A stretch of DNA of 63,923 nucleotides, taken from NCBI GenBank assembly GCA_964016885.1, contig OZ024744.1, forward strand, positions 31,930,001 to 31,993,923, given 5' to 3'. This stretch comes from Eledone cirrhosa. Taxonomy: Eukaryota. The notes beneath the pieces are model-generated. The model was given only the letters and a program-made list of their open reading frames with translations, was not told where the DNA came from and ran no database searches. Shown here piece after piece: positions 38,228 to 52,997 of this stretch. The number at the start of each line of letters is the position of its first letter. Positions within the stretch are counted from its first letter, which is position 1. The position numbers were made by a program, and so were the translations under genes.

Positions 38228-38388
38228 ATAAGTACCAAATAGTACGAAACAGAGCTCTGTCAGGTTTATCTCCCCCTGTTTGCGGAAAATTTAAAGTGAG
38301 ACTGTCACTACTCTAAAACAATAGCATAAGGTCTTCAAAATGCTTTTAATTAAGCATACAGTGTATTGCAAAATACACTATATATACA

Positions 38389-38476
<88 letters not shown>

Positions 38477-38573
38477 GAGGTTATATTTAATTTGCTGGGA
38501 TTCAACAAGCTTAAAAATAAAAAAAAAATAAAAATTTTCCGGTATGTCAATATTTATTTATAAAACAAATCTG

Positions 38574-38639
38574 TATTTTATCTGATGAAAGCGCACCATA
38601 ATTTGCCTTGGTTGCCCTTGAAATATATATACTAAAATA
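38574..38639 (+). ncRNA. Type I hammerhead ribozyme, family E
   Basis: tattttat CTGATGA..GAAA tatata TA ctaaaata; inverted pLTR end at 38473-38510. Confidence 0.7.
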
Positions 38640-38677
38640 AATATGGTTTTATAAATATAGTTTCCATTTATTAATAT

Positions 38678-38783
<106 letters not shown>

Positions 38784-38962
38784 ATACATTAACAGAGAAA
38801 GATTTAAGCGATACTCTGACCAACTCCATCTCACTCAACAAACATTGGGATATACCTAAGTATAATCCCAATTAAGTGTTTGGGGTGCTAACTATATAGT
38901 ATTTCGTGGATAGCTGGTTGTATTATTTATATGAGACATAATTAAGTAAATCTCTCTTTCCT

Positions 38963-39086
38963 TCCATACAATCGTTTCGTTATAAGATTTCTACAAGTTG
39001 GGATAAATAATGTCCAGGTTATCTAGAAACTTGTATATAATCCATAGATATGCACACAAGCTGGGCCCTTATAATTCATCAGTGGA
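38963..39086 (-). ncRNA. Type I hammerhead ribozyme with ~80-nt insert in stem II
   Basis: rc: tcca CTGATGA a ttataag [~80 nt] cttataa c GAAA cgattg TA tgga. Confidence 0.7.
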
Positions 39087-39341
39087 TGCCCATACAATAT
39101 CGATATAAAAACTACATCGATATTAATAATCAGTGATGGTCTCCGTCAGTGCTAGAAGGACAACTAAATTTGAAAAGCCAGTAGTCCTTCAAAAAGAAAA
39201 TTCACACTGTCCCGAAAAGGGAAAGGGGAGGTCATCGTAAAATATAAAAAATTATATATACCGTAGTTAACAGAGACCATGACACACCAGGCCAGCAAAC
39301 CAAACGAGATGGAATATTCATTATAATACATCAGTTCCTCA

Positions 39342-39370
39342 CCCCCGAGCAACGCCGGGCACTTCTGCTA

Positions 39371-39371
<1 letters not shown>
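39342..39371 (+). mobile_element. Orphan Helitron 3' terminus
   Basis: ccccgagcaacgccgggcacttctgCTAG followed by T; identical to the end at 45384. Confidence 0.7.
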
Positions 39372-39446
<75 letters not shown>

Positions 39447-39447
39447 G

Positions 39448-39493
<46 letters not shown>

Positions 39494-39501
39494 GACATAT
39501 A

Positions 39502-39535
<34 letters not shown>

Positions 39536-39647
39536 CACACATATATATATACACACACATATATATACTTATATATATATATATATATATATATATACTC
39601 ACATATATATATACATATATATACATATAGAAATACATATATATATT

Positions 39648-40001
39648 GTTATACTTTGGGAGGGACATGTTGCCAAGAAGAAACACACGCACCAGTTGTT
39701 TACTTCAATTTATTATAATAAATTTATAAATTTAGGAATTTATAAATTTCAGGTTGGTTGGTTTGTTCCACAACCAGATGGTTGTTTATATATTGTCAAA
39801 GTTCTTTCGTCACACATTATGTGACCTCTTCAGTGACTGGGGATTCTTTTCTTTGTTTTTTTGTGCTTCTCCTTTGTTCTGTCCTACGCCATCTTGCTTG
39901 TGGTTCTTATTGGCAACATGACCCTCCCAAAGTATAACAATATCGGTTTCAACACACGTTTTAAGATAAAGAATCTTGCTAAACAAATTCAGAAACGAAA
40001 T
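39648..40001. mobile_element. Family F inverted pLTR fragments; HHR at 39795-39837 (-)
   Basis: rc gtca CTGAAGA g gtcac ataatgt gtgac GAAA gaac TT tgac; homologous to 42626-43646. Confidence 0.8.
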
Positions 40002-40055
40002 ACATATATATACATATATATATATACAGATTTATATATCTATATATATCTATAT

Positions 40056-42250
40056 AACAGATTTAAAGATATTTTACTCTATGCCTATGACAGTAAAGAA
40101 CAGATAGAGACATTCAATGTAGAAGAGCACTGGGAGTTTCTGAAAAATAACTTATTAAAGGCGACGGACGAGATCTGTGGTTGGAGCAAGTCAACAGCGA
40201 GGAGAAGAGTGACTTGGTGGTGGAACAATAAGGTAGATGAGGTAGTTAAGGCCAAGAGACGGGCATGGAAAGAATGGAAGAACGGAGGAGCAGGGTACAT
40301 TACATAGAGACCAGGAGGGAAGCTAGGCGACAAGAATACTTAGCTAGGAGGGAAGCGCAGGATAGAGAATTCAAGCATGTCTTGCAAAGGGAGGACCAGA
40401 AGTAGGAGCTGTTCAAGATTGCGAGGCAGTGTGTCAGAGAGAAATGTGATGTCATTGGAGAGAAGTGTATCCGGAATGATAAAGGTGAGCTTGCCCTCAC
40501 AAGTGCTGCGAAGAAAGATGCGTGGAAGAGCCATTATGAAAGATTACTAAATGAGGAGAATGGATGGGAAGAAGAGACCCTGGTATAAAGCTGATGGACC
40601 AGGTCATGAAAGTAACAGAAAGAGTTATATCACAGTTGATTAGGGACCGGGTGAAACTAGATGAGATGCAATTTGGGTTTGTACCAGGAAAAGGCACCAC
40701 TGATGCCCTCTTCCTTGTGAGGCAGTTACAGGAAAAGTACCTAGCTAAAATTAAGCCGCTCTACGAGGCATTCCTCGATCTGGAGAAAGCCTTTGATAGT
40801 GTTCCACGTGCTATAAACTGGTGGGCTCTTAGAAAACTAGGAGTAGATGAATGGCTTGTGAAAGCTGTACAAGCCATGTATAGGGGAGCAGTCAGCAAAG
40901 TTAGGATTAGCAATGAGTATACCGAGGAATTTAGCGTACAGGTTGGTGTCCACCAGTACTCTGTTCTTAGCCCTCTCCTGTTCATCATAGTTTTGCAGGC
41001 AATAACGTAGGAGTTTAAGACCGGATAACCATGGGAACACCTGTATGCATATGACTTCGCACTTATAGCTGAATCTATGGTAGAACTAGAGAAGAAATTC
41101 CAAACATAGAAGCAGGGACTAGAAAGAAAGGGTCTCAAATTTAACCTGACAAAGACTAAGATCCTTGTAAGTAGACGAGAAAACAGAACCCAGATCCCCT
41201 CAGGAAAAGGGCCTTGTTCAGTATGTAGGCAAGGTGTAGGTAGAAACTCCATCCTCTGCCCCAAATGCAAACAATGGGTACACAAGAGATGTAGTGGGAT
41301 CTCAGAAGCTTAACTAAGAATGTAGGCTTCATATGTAGAAGCTGCTCTGGGACAGCAAGCAGCAAACAACCACAGGAAACAAGCACCACCAAACTCCGGG
41401 AGGGCTCTGTAGAAACAGTAGAGAGCTTCTGCTACCTAGGTGACCGAATTAGCAGCGGAGGTGGGTGTTCAGAAAGTACAATAACTAGGGTAAGAACGGG
41501 ATGGAATAAGTTCAGGGAGCTACTGCCACTGCTAGCTGCAAAATGAAAGGCAAACTGTATGATGCGTGCATACCAACAGCAATGTTACATGGTAGTGAGA
41601 CCTGGGCGCTGTCTGTAGAAGACTTGTGCAGATTAGAAAGAAACGCTCCGATGGATGTGTAATAGTAATATACGCGAACGGCAAAGCATAAACTAATTGA
41701 GAGAGAGACTGAACATAAGAGGAATCAAATGCTGTGTGCAGGAGAGGCGGTTGCGTTGGTATGGATATGTGATGCGTATGAGGGATGACGGCTACATAAA
41801 AAGGTGCAGAGCACTAAAAGTCAATGGAATTCGAGAAGTGGGGAGACCCAAGAAAACCTTTGGGATGAGGTGATGAAAGCCGACCTTACCCAATTATACC
41901 TCACAAAGGCGATGACACACGACCGTGACCTCTGGCGTCACGCAGTAACACAGAAGACCCGAAACCCCCTCACAGGTGCAAGCTGAAGCTGAAGCATATA
42001 GACAATATTCCCCCACATCCTCCCACCGCAAAGTGGTCGTGTAGCCGCCACGGAAAAAAAGCACCCAGCACTCACTGTAAATGAGGTTGGTGTTAGGAAG
42101 GGCATCCAGCTGTAGAAATCAAGCCAAATCAGTTCCTGTATGAGCAAGACAAGGTCAGCCGACTGGACACTGCCCAAAACATGACAACCCGTCCAACCCA
42201 TGCTAGCGCGGAAGAACGGACGTAAAACAGTGATGATGAGGATGATGATA
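40056..42250 (+). mobile_element. RTE-clade LINE, 5' truncated, internally deleted, decayed
   Basis: TWWWN, QFGFVPGKGTTDA, FLDLEKAFD, GVHQ.SVLSPLLF, LYAYD, FCYLG, LHGSETW, LRWYG; (GAT)n-like 3' tail. Confidence 0.88.
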
Positions 42251-42440
42251 CACATATACATAGCTGTGTGTTCACGCGTCTATATATATTATATATATGA
42301 TATGTATGTATATATAAATATATATATATATTTAATAGAATATGTGGTTCTACACGCACAAGGCGCTAAGGGACACATGTATTGTCCAACCATATGCCAA
42401 TGTGGTTCAATGGCAGGTTAATAAATTAACGAGCCAGAAC

Positions 42441-42568
42441 ATATAAACAAGGTTTGGCAAATAAGGAAAAAGTTTCAAAATAAATTTTAAAAAATTAACT
42501 TTACTTACTATAGTTACCTTAATTTTTTTTAATTTATTTTGAAACTTTTCCCTTATTTGCCAAACCTT

Positions 42569-42576
<8 letters not shown>
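42441..42576. repeat. ~58-bp inverted repeat (fold-back)
   Basis: ataaacaaggtttggcaaataagg..tttcaaaataaatt and its reverse complement. Confidence 0.85.
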
Positions 42577-43807
<1,231 letters not shown>

Positions 43808-43887
43808 CATACATATCATATATATATATATATGATATGTATGTAAATCTCTCTCTCTCTCTATATATATATACATATATATATGTA

Positions 43888-45384
43888 TCATAATCTATAA
43901 AGCTCAGTGTATGGTCATGTTTCTTTGTTATAGCCATCTACGATATAGAATTTCTTCAATTGAAATTTACATTTCAGTATTCGAAATAGCTTCAATTGGG
44001 TCATGACATATATATTTTTTTCAATTTCACCCACAATTACGCAAAAAATCGATAAAACTCAATATTTTACGTTTAATATCTCTCATTTCAACTGGGTTAC
44101 CTCTTTCCATTACCCTTCAAAATCTATACAACTTCATACTTTCTGCTACTTTCTCTTTCCAAGCTGAAACAACACATAAAATGAAACTAAATTATTCTTT
44201 TCATTTTACATTGTTCATGTTGATGGTGATACTGTCCGTTTTACTCTCTCATATCATCTGCTCCCTCTATCTACAACCCACACATTTTGCTACTTTCTCT
44301 TTTATACTAAATTTGGTTTATTCACCGTTAGCAGCTACGCGCATCTTTTAAAAATGTGAGTTACAATGTTTTTCAATCGTTCCTCGGTCTAACTTTTAGT
44401 TGCTTCCAACTTACTGATTTATTTCCAAACGCATACAAACACACACTCACTTCAAATGATAAAAAAAACATTTAAAGCAATTAAACAACGTGCATGATTT
44501 ATAACCACACTAACTTTTAGTTGCTTCAAACTTAATGATTTATTTACAAACACATACAAACACACACTCACATAAATTGATCAAAAAAAATTTAAAGCAA
44601 TTAAACAACGTGCGGGATTTATAACCACAAATACACACTTCATTAAAAAATAAACTAATAATTTGCGACAATTCTTTTCTTTAAATCGTAAAATTAAACG
44701 ACATAATTATTTTCATTTTCGGCTGTTAATTTTTATGGAGATACTAATACCCTTACATTTCAACTCATACACTTTACAGACTAAACAACAAAAACATTAG
44801 CCACATTAACGTACAATTTCGTTTATTCTAAATGTGAGTCTTCAAACTGATTTATTTATTTGCAAACACATACAAACACACACTCACATCAAATGAATAA
44901 TTAAACTTTAAATCAATTTAACCACGTGCCGGATTTCTAACCACACATACACACTTCATTAACAAATAAAAATTCTAATTTGTGACAATTATTTTCTTTC
45001 AATCGTAAAATCAAACGACATAATTATTTTCATTTTCGGTTGTTAATCTTCATGGCGATAATACTACCCTTCCATTTCACATCATGTGAGTTAACAAATA
45101 ATTTTTTAAAACACTATTCGCAGATTTCCTTAAACAACAAGATCAATTGCGTAGCCGGTATTCATTATGTAGCCGGTAAAGCTATGTAGCAGGTAAAAGG
45201 CTATGTAGTCAGTACGATGTTATATAGCATGAAAAGTTTATATAACCGGTAAATGTTATGTCGCCGTTAGCATGTGTGTGTGTGTGTGTGTATCAATCTT
45301 TGCCTGAATAATTATAATTCAGTGCAATCATTAACAGTACTTTCAAGCAATTCAGCCCCGAGCAACGCCGGGCACTTCTGCTAG
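43888..45384 (+). mobile_element. Non-autonomous Helitron (long variant of 7470-8273)
   Basis: Same 5' TC end and 3' hairpin plus CTAG; internal 120-300-bp duplications. Confidence 0.8.
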
Positions 45385-45508
45385 TATATATATATATAGT
45401 AATAATAATAAATTCGAAGACTAAAATCCAAAGAGGACTCGGTATGGATAAATATATATCAAATATATAAGAACCGTAGTGCAAATAGTTATTAAAATAA
45501 CAGATTAA

Positions 45509-45559
45509 AGTTTAAGCAGAGAATCGCTGCTTTCACCCTTAACGGGATCTTCTGAAACT
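45509..45559 (-). ncRNA. Hammerhead ribozyme with CAGAAGA (U4A) core
   Basis: rc: agttt CAGAAGA t ccc gttaa ggg t GAAA gcag cgattct ctgc TT aaact; all three stems perfect. Confidence 0.75.
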
Positions 45560-45682
45560 AACAAAGTCAATCTGTGAACGCAGAAGTGGATATTTCAAAA
45601 AACGTTGCAACCGGAGGAAGACAGGAAGACGATACTTTGGTTCGTGGAAACGTTCCCTGGCAAATAACGGGGAAAAACGAAT

Positions 45683-45886
45683 ATAATTGTTTCTACTTTA
45701 GGTACAAGGCCACCAATTATCCAGTACATTACTGGTACTTTATTTTATCGACCCCGTAAGGATGAAAGGTGAAGCTAACCACGGCAGAATTAACCTCGGC
45801 GGGATTTGAACTCAGACTGTAAAGGGATGTAACTATGCTAGAAAGAATGGCGTCCAACCCTCTACCGATACTGCCAATTCCCCGCC
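45683..45886 (-). mobile_element. tRNA-derived SINE with target-site duplication
   Basis: Homologue of 27723; cggg(g/a)aaaaacgaatataat duplicated at ~45668 and ~45887; absent from the paralogous PLE at ~30230. Confidence 0.85.
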
Positions 45887-46721
45887 CGGGAAAAAACGAA
45901 TATAATACGTCATTATTTGGAGCTGTGAAAAACAATTACACGCAAAGGCAAAACCACGTTTATGGTATAAAGGAAGTCGTAGACTAATATTCTATTAGGT
46001 GGTTCATAGAGACGTTCTCAGGCAATGAACGGAAAAAACGAAGACAATGGAGCGGGGAAAACAATTGCACGCAAAAACAAAACCACGTAAATGGTATAAC
46101 TGAAGTCGTAGACTAAAATTCTAACTAGGAAACCGAATGAATCTCGGCTTCAGAGTTAAGAATAAAGTAAATAAAATACAGAGAAATTAAATAAATACAT
46201 ACATGCATCCATATACGTACATACACAAGTATGCGCGAAAACACTCGCCATAGGTATACAAATACACGCACGTACACACAAAAAAACAACAACAAAAAAT
46301 CCCACGCACATACAGAACCCACGCAACGCCTGTACCCGCACCCATACGAATGTATACACAAAATACACATAAAATATATATTAAAAAAATATATATATAT
46401 GTGTGTGCGTGTGTGCGTGTATGCATATAATTAAATAAACGTATATAAATAAATAAATAAATACTTATATAACAAACGCACACACATACCTACATGTAAA
46501 AACACATATGTTCGGAGACGAACGTCAACCAAAACACAAAGTACACATATACACACACCCTACATACGTACGAACCCGCATACTCACACAGACGCAAAAC
46601 TCACGTATACACATAACCAAAAGCATATGTACCAGAATATATAATATATACGCCATAACATATACAATCAAATATACGTACGAGAAAGTATACGTACCTT
46701 CACAAAACATACAGGTAATAT

Positions 46722-47481
46722 TTCTTTTCAATGGCTGACAATACCTTACCGGCGCCACTCGAATAAGGTAGTTATTTAACCCATAAATGGAGCCCTAACA
46801 GGTACTACCACCCCGGGCCAGGGCAGACCTGGGAGTCAAGACAACTAAGGGGTAACTCCACATTCCCCACATCTTCTGAACTCCCGAACTGGAGCCTTGC
46901 CACTGGATGTAGTTTAATGTCATTTGGGAGCAAAGATTGGGAATACGGAGGATGATGTGGTTGAGAGGAAGAGCAAGGCCTGGGCGGCATGCCACAGCTT
47001 GAGATCGGTGTGGAAGTCGGACCTTCGTAGAGACCTGAAAATCCGCCTCTTCATTGCTGTAGTGGAGTCTGTGCTGCTGTATGGGTCTGAGACTTGGACA
47101 CTGACCAAGAAACTCACTCAGATGGTGGATGGGTGCTACACGAGAATGCTGAGGATGGCTCTGAAAATTAATCAGTATACACTGAGGATGAAAAACTCAG
47201 AGCTGTATGGGAGCATCCCAAAAGTCAGCTCAAAAGTGACACAGAGGAGACTGAGGTTAGCTGGACATGCTCACCGACATCCAGAGTTGACATTGCACTC
47301 AGTACTCCTTTGGGAGCCCCTACATGGACACACTAGAAGAGGAAGACCAAGGTTGACGTATGTTGATGCTCTAAGGACAGACACTGGTCTGTTGGAGATG
47401 CAGGACATGGCAGCGATAATGAGGGACAGAGACCGCTGGAGAGAACTCGTCCATGGATCTCGGGAATTTTACCCGCCTTAG
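46722..47481. mobile_element. RTE-type LINE fragment with 13-bp TSD
   Basis: ORF 46924-47481 (VLLYGSETWTLTK, RLRLAGH, GRPRLTY); TSD ataca(g/t)gtaatat at 46709-46721 and 47482-47494. Confidence 0.85.
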
Positions 47482-49354
47482 ATACATGTAATATATACTT
47501 ACCTATACAAATAAGTAATGGTATAAACATAATATATACGTAGCTACCACATCAAGGCGTAAAATATCCGCGTATAGTTCGTACTATCTGTTAGGGTATA
47601 ATGTTGGGCTGTAATACAGGAAAGTTCTGTGCAATTTATGTTTACAAGCCGAAATTGCCTCAGATTTTTTGTTTAAGATGTGGTCTTTGGCATAGAGTAT
47701 TTTCATAGAGTATTTTCAGGTCACATGGTCTTTTATTTCCGTTATACGATCTAGTCCAAGCTAGGATTTCCCAATGTAACTTATATTGAGTGTGGTTGTC
47801 TTTTAGACTCCAGATATAAGCTGAAAGTGACGTCATATTCCTTCTTAAAGGGTACCGAAAATAATGGGAATGCATGTAAAGACGCTGCTTGAATCTATTG
47901 GCGGTTAACCCTATGTAGGCCCTACGGAACGTGGGTGTTTCAATCTTACAATTGTAGACAATGTTACTAGAGAGGCATTTCCCGGATAGGGGCAGTCAAC
48001 CCGATTCCTACAATTACAGTTAGTACTAACTACAGGGTTGCACGTCTTCCTACGGCTAGGTAGTTTAGCTAAATTTGAAGCTGTGATGTTATGTGCAAGG
48101 TTAGGAGTCGTAGAGTATGAAATTTTAATAGTATTTCTATTAAAAATTTTACTATATTTATGTGTAGGGGGAAAATGCTTCATAATAAGGGAGAGAAAGA
48201 TTTTAGCTAATGGTGTAGCCACCTCCATATTATATGGTGCATTATACCATATAATGCGTCGGGATCTATTTCTTCTAGGTCTATTCTCGTACTCTGTATA
48301 TGCTTCCTTATCGACAAATCCACTCCGAGCAAGAGCTTCATTGTAATAAGTCGAATGGTCGTTGAAAATATGCTCGTTAGTAGATAGACGGGAAAGCCTC
48401 AAATAAACGTTTCTTACCAGGTTCATGGTTATGCTGGCAGGATGATTAGAATGCTTACTTATGTAATTAAGCGTATCATTCGGCTTTCTATACGGGTAAT
48501 GCAAGCCATTCGATAAATTGAGGGTAACGTCGAGGTAATTAACGACCGAGAGGTTGGCCTCAACCTGTATGGAGAGGTTGAAGCCTTAAAAGAAGGCTCT
48601 GAGTTCTTTTCTGAACCTGTCGCAAGCACGTGGGCCGGACTTAATCATGGTCAAAAGACCATCATCACGGTACAAACCACCGCTCACGTTGAGAAATTCT
48701 TCCTTGATAGAGAAAAGAAGGAAAAAGCCGATAAGATCAGTAACCTCCGCAGAATCGCTGGCGCCAATACTCACGTCGAATGAGGTACTATTAGATTATT
48801 TTAATCCAAATAGAGTCGTCGAAATTAATCACCGACTTACGGGAATTGAGGATGACATCAACTTCGAAATCCTTAGCGTCTGTGAGTGTTTTAGCGAAAT
48901 TGATAGCTCTAAGGAGAAGTGGTAATGTGATGGAGGAGTAGTAATTATTGATGTCGAATTGGATAAAACGGCAATGTTCCTTGTTGCATATGTCGTTGAA
49001 CCAATTAATCACCGCGAAAGAATTGTTCCACAGTGCAAGAGGGGCCAAACTTCTAATTTCAGGTATAATTCTTTCAAGAATCCTTTTACTAAGTCTACCT
49101 AAATAGGACTTCGAAGGGTTAATAAGCCGAATAGACGGGTTGTTCGGAAAATTGGATTTGTGATCCTTCAGGGTAAAGTGGGGAGAGATAGGGTCCAGAG
49201 GTTCAGTCCAGTCCAGGATGTTGAGATCAGAAGTGATTTTAAACCCAGCATCGTTGAGTTCATTAATGACGCTCCGATTAATTTTACGGTAATATATATA
49301 GTTATTAAAGGAAACAAAACAAAGACAGGGATGCAAAAATACAGTTATATTATG

Positions 49355-49450
<96 letters not shown>

Positions 49451-49459
49451 TGTATGTAT

Positions 49460-49690
49460 TTATGTCAGGTCACCAGTCACCAGTTGGTGCTACTGGTAAC
49501 ATGTATCCCAGTACAACCTGTTTCATGGTCGGGTCGTTGGCGACTAAACTGGCAACCCCACCAAGGTTTCTTGGTGAGGAGGGTGACTTTGGACATCCTG
49601 CAGGACTAAAAACAAAACCTGTCAAAGAGCAAAGGAGCTCTTAAGAGTCAATGGCCATCCAAATTCACCGGGAGAGATGACCCCTTAGCA
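49460..49690 (+). mobile_element. Interspersed repeat, probably a LINE (RTE) 5' UTR
   Basis: Reverse-complement relative at 27215-27330. Confidence 0.4.
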
Positions 49691-50212
49691 TTTGTCAAGG
49701 CAGAATTCTAGGAGAAGGAAAACTCTGATATAACACCTGCAACCCTGATGGTATCCAATGATGTTGACTTGTTTTTCTTTTTGGTAAATATCATCTTGGA
49801 TAAGAGAGTGGGACTGGCTTTGTATAGTGCCTTTGCTCACTATAAAAGCTTCACAGCACAGGCATTGCTTTATAGCTGGAGATCTCTCTGCACTTGTCGT
49901 CACATGGTACCATGGGCCCAGCACTATGTGTCAATAATTGTCACAGGTGTAGTGTTTGTACCAGAGTTTTCAAGTCGCTGGCTGGACTAAAAAGTCATAC
50001 TCGTTCGGTGCATCGGTAGAGGTTCCCTACATGGATATAAAGTAGTGGCCGTACTCGAAAACGAGTTGGCAGCCACCTTGAATGTATTATATTGGACATT
50101 GTTTGGCTTGTGTCAGACGCTGTGACCCCGGGTGGACCAGCAGTACCGTTGGTAGGAGTCGATGACCCTTGAGTTCCGTGTTCTTTGTTTGTATTACACA
50201 CACACACACACA

Positions 50213-50286
<74 letters not shown>

Positions 50287-50294
<8 letters not shown>

Positions 50295-50429
50295 GTGGTA
50301 AGGAAGTAGATGGACAATAACGCACCAGAGTACTCAACACTTAACGTAGTAGAGCGGGTAATAGGAAAAAGAATGACCCCCGACGGTTATTTCTGGAATA
50401 GTCAAGAAATAGCCGTCGGGGTCATTCGT

Positions 50430-50434
<5 letters not shown>
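50287..50434. mobile_element. Inverted pLTR fragment of the 33323 family with fold-back hairpin 50371-50427
   Basis: Matches 33330-33425; gaatgacccccgacggttatttc / gaaatagccgtcggggtcattc. Confidence 0.7.
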
Positions 50435-50476
<42 letters not shown>

Positions 50477-50612
50477 AGAAAGTGATGTTTTTTTTACAAA
50501 ATGAAAAATAACCGAGGTGTCCTACACGAGTGAAAGTATAAAGAAAAAGAGATGAAATCGAAAATGCAACTGGAGTCTTATTTTAAAAAAAAATATATAT
50601 ATTTATTTGGTT

Positions 50613-50650
50613 CCTTTACCGGTTTCGCAGTTCTTTTGCTTTTCAAAAGG
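50613..50650 (-). ncRNA. Hammerhead ribozyme with U3:A8 core
   Basis: rc: cctt TTGAAAA gcaa aagaa ctgc GAAA ccgg TA aagg. Confidence 0.72.
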
Positions 50651-50710
50651 TGAGTTGAGATGGAGGGTCTGTGGTGTTTCTCACATCTATATATATATAT
50701 ATATATTTAT

Positions 50711-51186
50711 ATAAATGGAAAAGAATGAAACGAAATTTCATTTCTCACTCTTAGTACGGCTGATACCTAAATATAAGTATGTATACGTACATACATATAG
50801 TACAGACATACAGTAGTATGTATATATACATACATTCACACATATATATATGTACGTATGGGTTTACCGAACATTTATTATAATGTTCGGTTTGTTTGTA
50901 AACAAACAGCCCGAATTACGCCGTACAGTGCTCGGCAACCATCGTCGCCCTTTTTGTTCAACACTGGCACAGGAACGGTGTACTATTTTCAAGGTTATTA
51001 GCTATCGTCAGCATCGTATACCTTCCTGTCAGTCGATTGAACGTTTGAAAGTATATACTTTCCTTATGCATATTAACGGCTGAGCAGCCTAATTTACATA
51101 TCGAGTGAGTTAGTCGGCCGGGCGTACCGAAAACGATAAATGGAAAAGAATGAAACGTTAATATGCATAAGGAAAGTATATACTTT
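50711..51186 (-). mobile_element. Family B element (degenerate HHR at 50975-51017)
   Basis: ataaatggaaaagaatgaaacg at 50711 and 51136 (period 425); inverted end 51157-51186. Confidence 0.85.
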
Positions 51187-51189
51187 AGA

Positions 51190-51520
51190 ACTAGAAGGTG
51201 ACCAAAGACAAAATGACCAAATCTCTTGTCTCAGACACAATAGGTGGACTATTAGAGTGACAGAGTGGAGAAGGCAGTGGAGAAGGCGAGATGGCGTGAT
51301 GATCTGATCGGATTTTTCGACCAAACATGGCCCAGTTTGACCAGAGTTAGGAAGCAGTGGAGTTCAACTGATGAGGCGTTCCTCCAACAGGAGTGAGATG
51401 GCCCTAAATTATGAATTTTGAATTTTGTCATGAAGATATTTTGGCAAAATCGTCTACACTACAGCAAAGACCAAAAACTGCATTAGATTAGTGTCGAATG
51501 GGCCCTAGTTTTTTTAATAT
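51190..51520 (-). mobile_element. Possible ancient CR1/L2 RT fragment
   Basis: rc gives LGP, VDD and VSETRDL.I-like remnants in broken frames. Confidence 0.3.
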
Positions 51521-51918
51521 GTCGTCGTAAAATCTGAGAGATCGGCATGTAGTGGATGGAGATATTTTCAAGAAGCATCTCGACATTAAGAATTAATTAA
51601 TTCCCGTTATCAGTGAACTTAAATTAGACTAACAAGTTCAGTCGAGTCCTACTTTGTACACCCTATCAATAGCTATATTTTATTAATCTCTTTGTATTTT
51701 TCTCTCATAAAAAGTTTGAAAAAACTAAAAAAACTAGTCTGGGTGGTCCATATTTTTCTGTACACAAACAAAGATTAAAAAAAACTGTGATGTAACTTCT
51801 TTGTTTAAATTTCATAATGAGGGTTAAAATATGATATTTATCAAAGAATACACACATACACACACGTTCAAATACACTCACATACACGCATATATGTGGT
51901 TTATATTCGTTTGAGTCG

Positions 51919-51949
<31 letters not shown>

Positions 51950-52009
51950 TGTATGTATGTATGTATGTATGTATGTATGTATGTATGTATGTATGTATAT
52001 ACATGTATG

Positions 52010-52043
<34 letters not shown>

Positions 52044-52817
52044 TAATTTAATATATCTACTAACATAAGCGCACAGATGTACGCTAATGCCAGCAAATAC
52101 ACAGGTTATGTCATAGTACCTAGGTGGTTCAATGCAGGAGGATGCAGAACAATAATATAAAAGACGTAAAATAAGAAAATTTTTTTTTTTAAATTTAAAA
52201 AAAATTTACTTACTTACTTAAATTTTCACTCCAACTAATTAGTTTCTGCAATGGGATAAAGACAGTTACGTAATGAACTGTTGAGAATTTCATTATATAT
52301 ATATATATGTATATATGTATATATGTATATGACATGTATATATATATATGCATATATGTACGTATGCACCTATATATATATATATATATATGTATTTGTA
52401 TATGTATGTACATACACATATAATACAATGAATAACAAACGAAATAAACTATAAAAATATTTAAAAAATAAAAACATGTAAACCAAAAAAGAAATAAAAG
52501 CCTGTTTCTCAGAATATTTTTTGTTATATTTTTTGTTATATTTTTTGTTATATTTTTGATTTGTTTTATTTATTTTTCGTTCTTAAATTATTTTGTTTGA
52601 ATTCTGAGATAAATTTAAAAAAATGTAGAATAACCTAAGGTCGTTGACACTGTGGGAAATGTAACTCTCTCTCTGTCTCTCTCTCTCTCTCTAACTCTCT
52701 CCCTCTCTCAATCTCTCTCTCTAACTGTCTCTCTCTCTCACTCTCTCTCTCTAACTGTCTCGCTCTCCCTAACTCTCTCTCTCTCACTCTCTCTCTTTAA
52801 CTATCTCTCTCCTTAAC

Positions 52818-52902
<85 letters not shown>

Positions 52903-52923
52903 TATCATAAATATAACTATCAC

Positions 52924-52997
<74 letters not shown>

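Larger units (their letters stand above)
45410..49290 (-). mobile_element. 5'-truncated PLE (same family as 30050-32100) with nested SINE and RTE insertions
   Basis: Frameshifted RT-EN at 47590-49290 (LKDHK, QFDINNYYSSI, GLYRDDGL, CNCR); pLTR HHR at 45509-45559. Confidence 0.9.

Noticed and set aside
51368-51410. CTGATGA followed by a hairpin
   Set aside because: No GAAA/UH at the required position.
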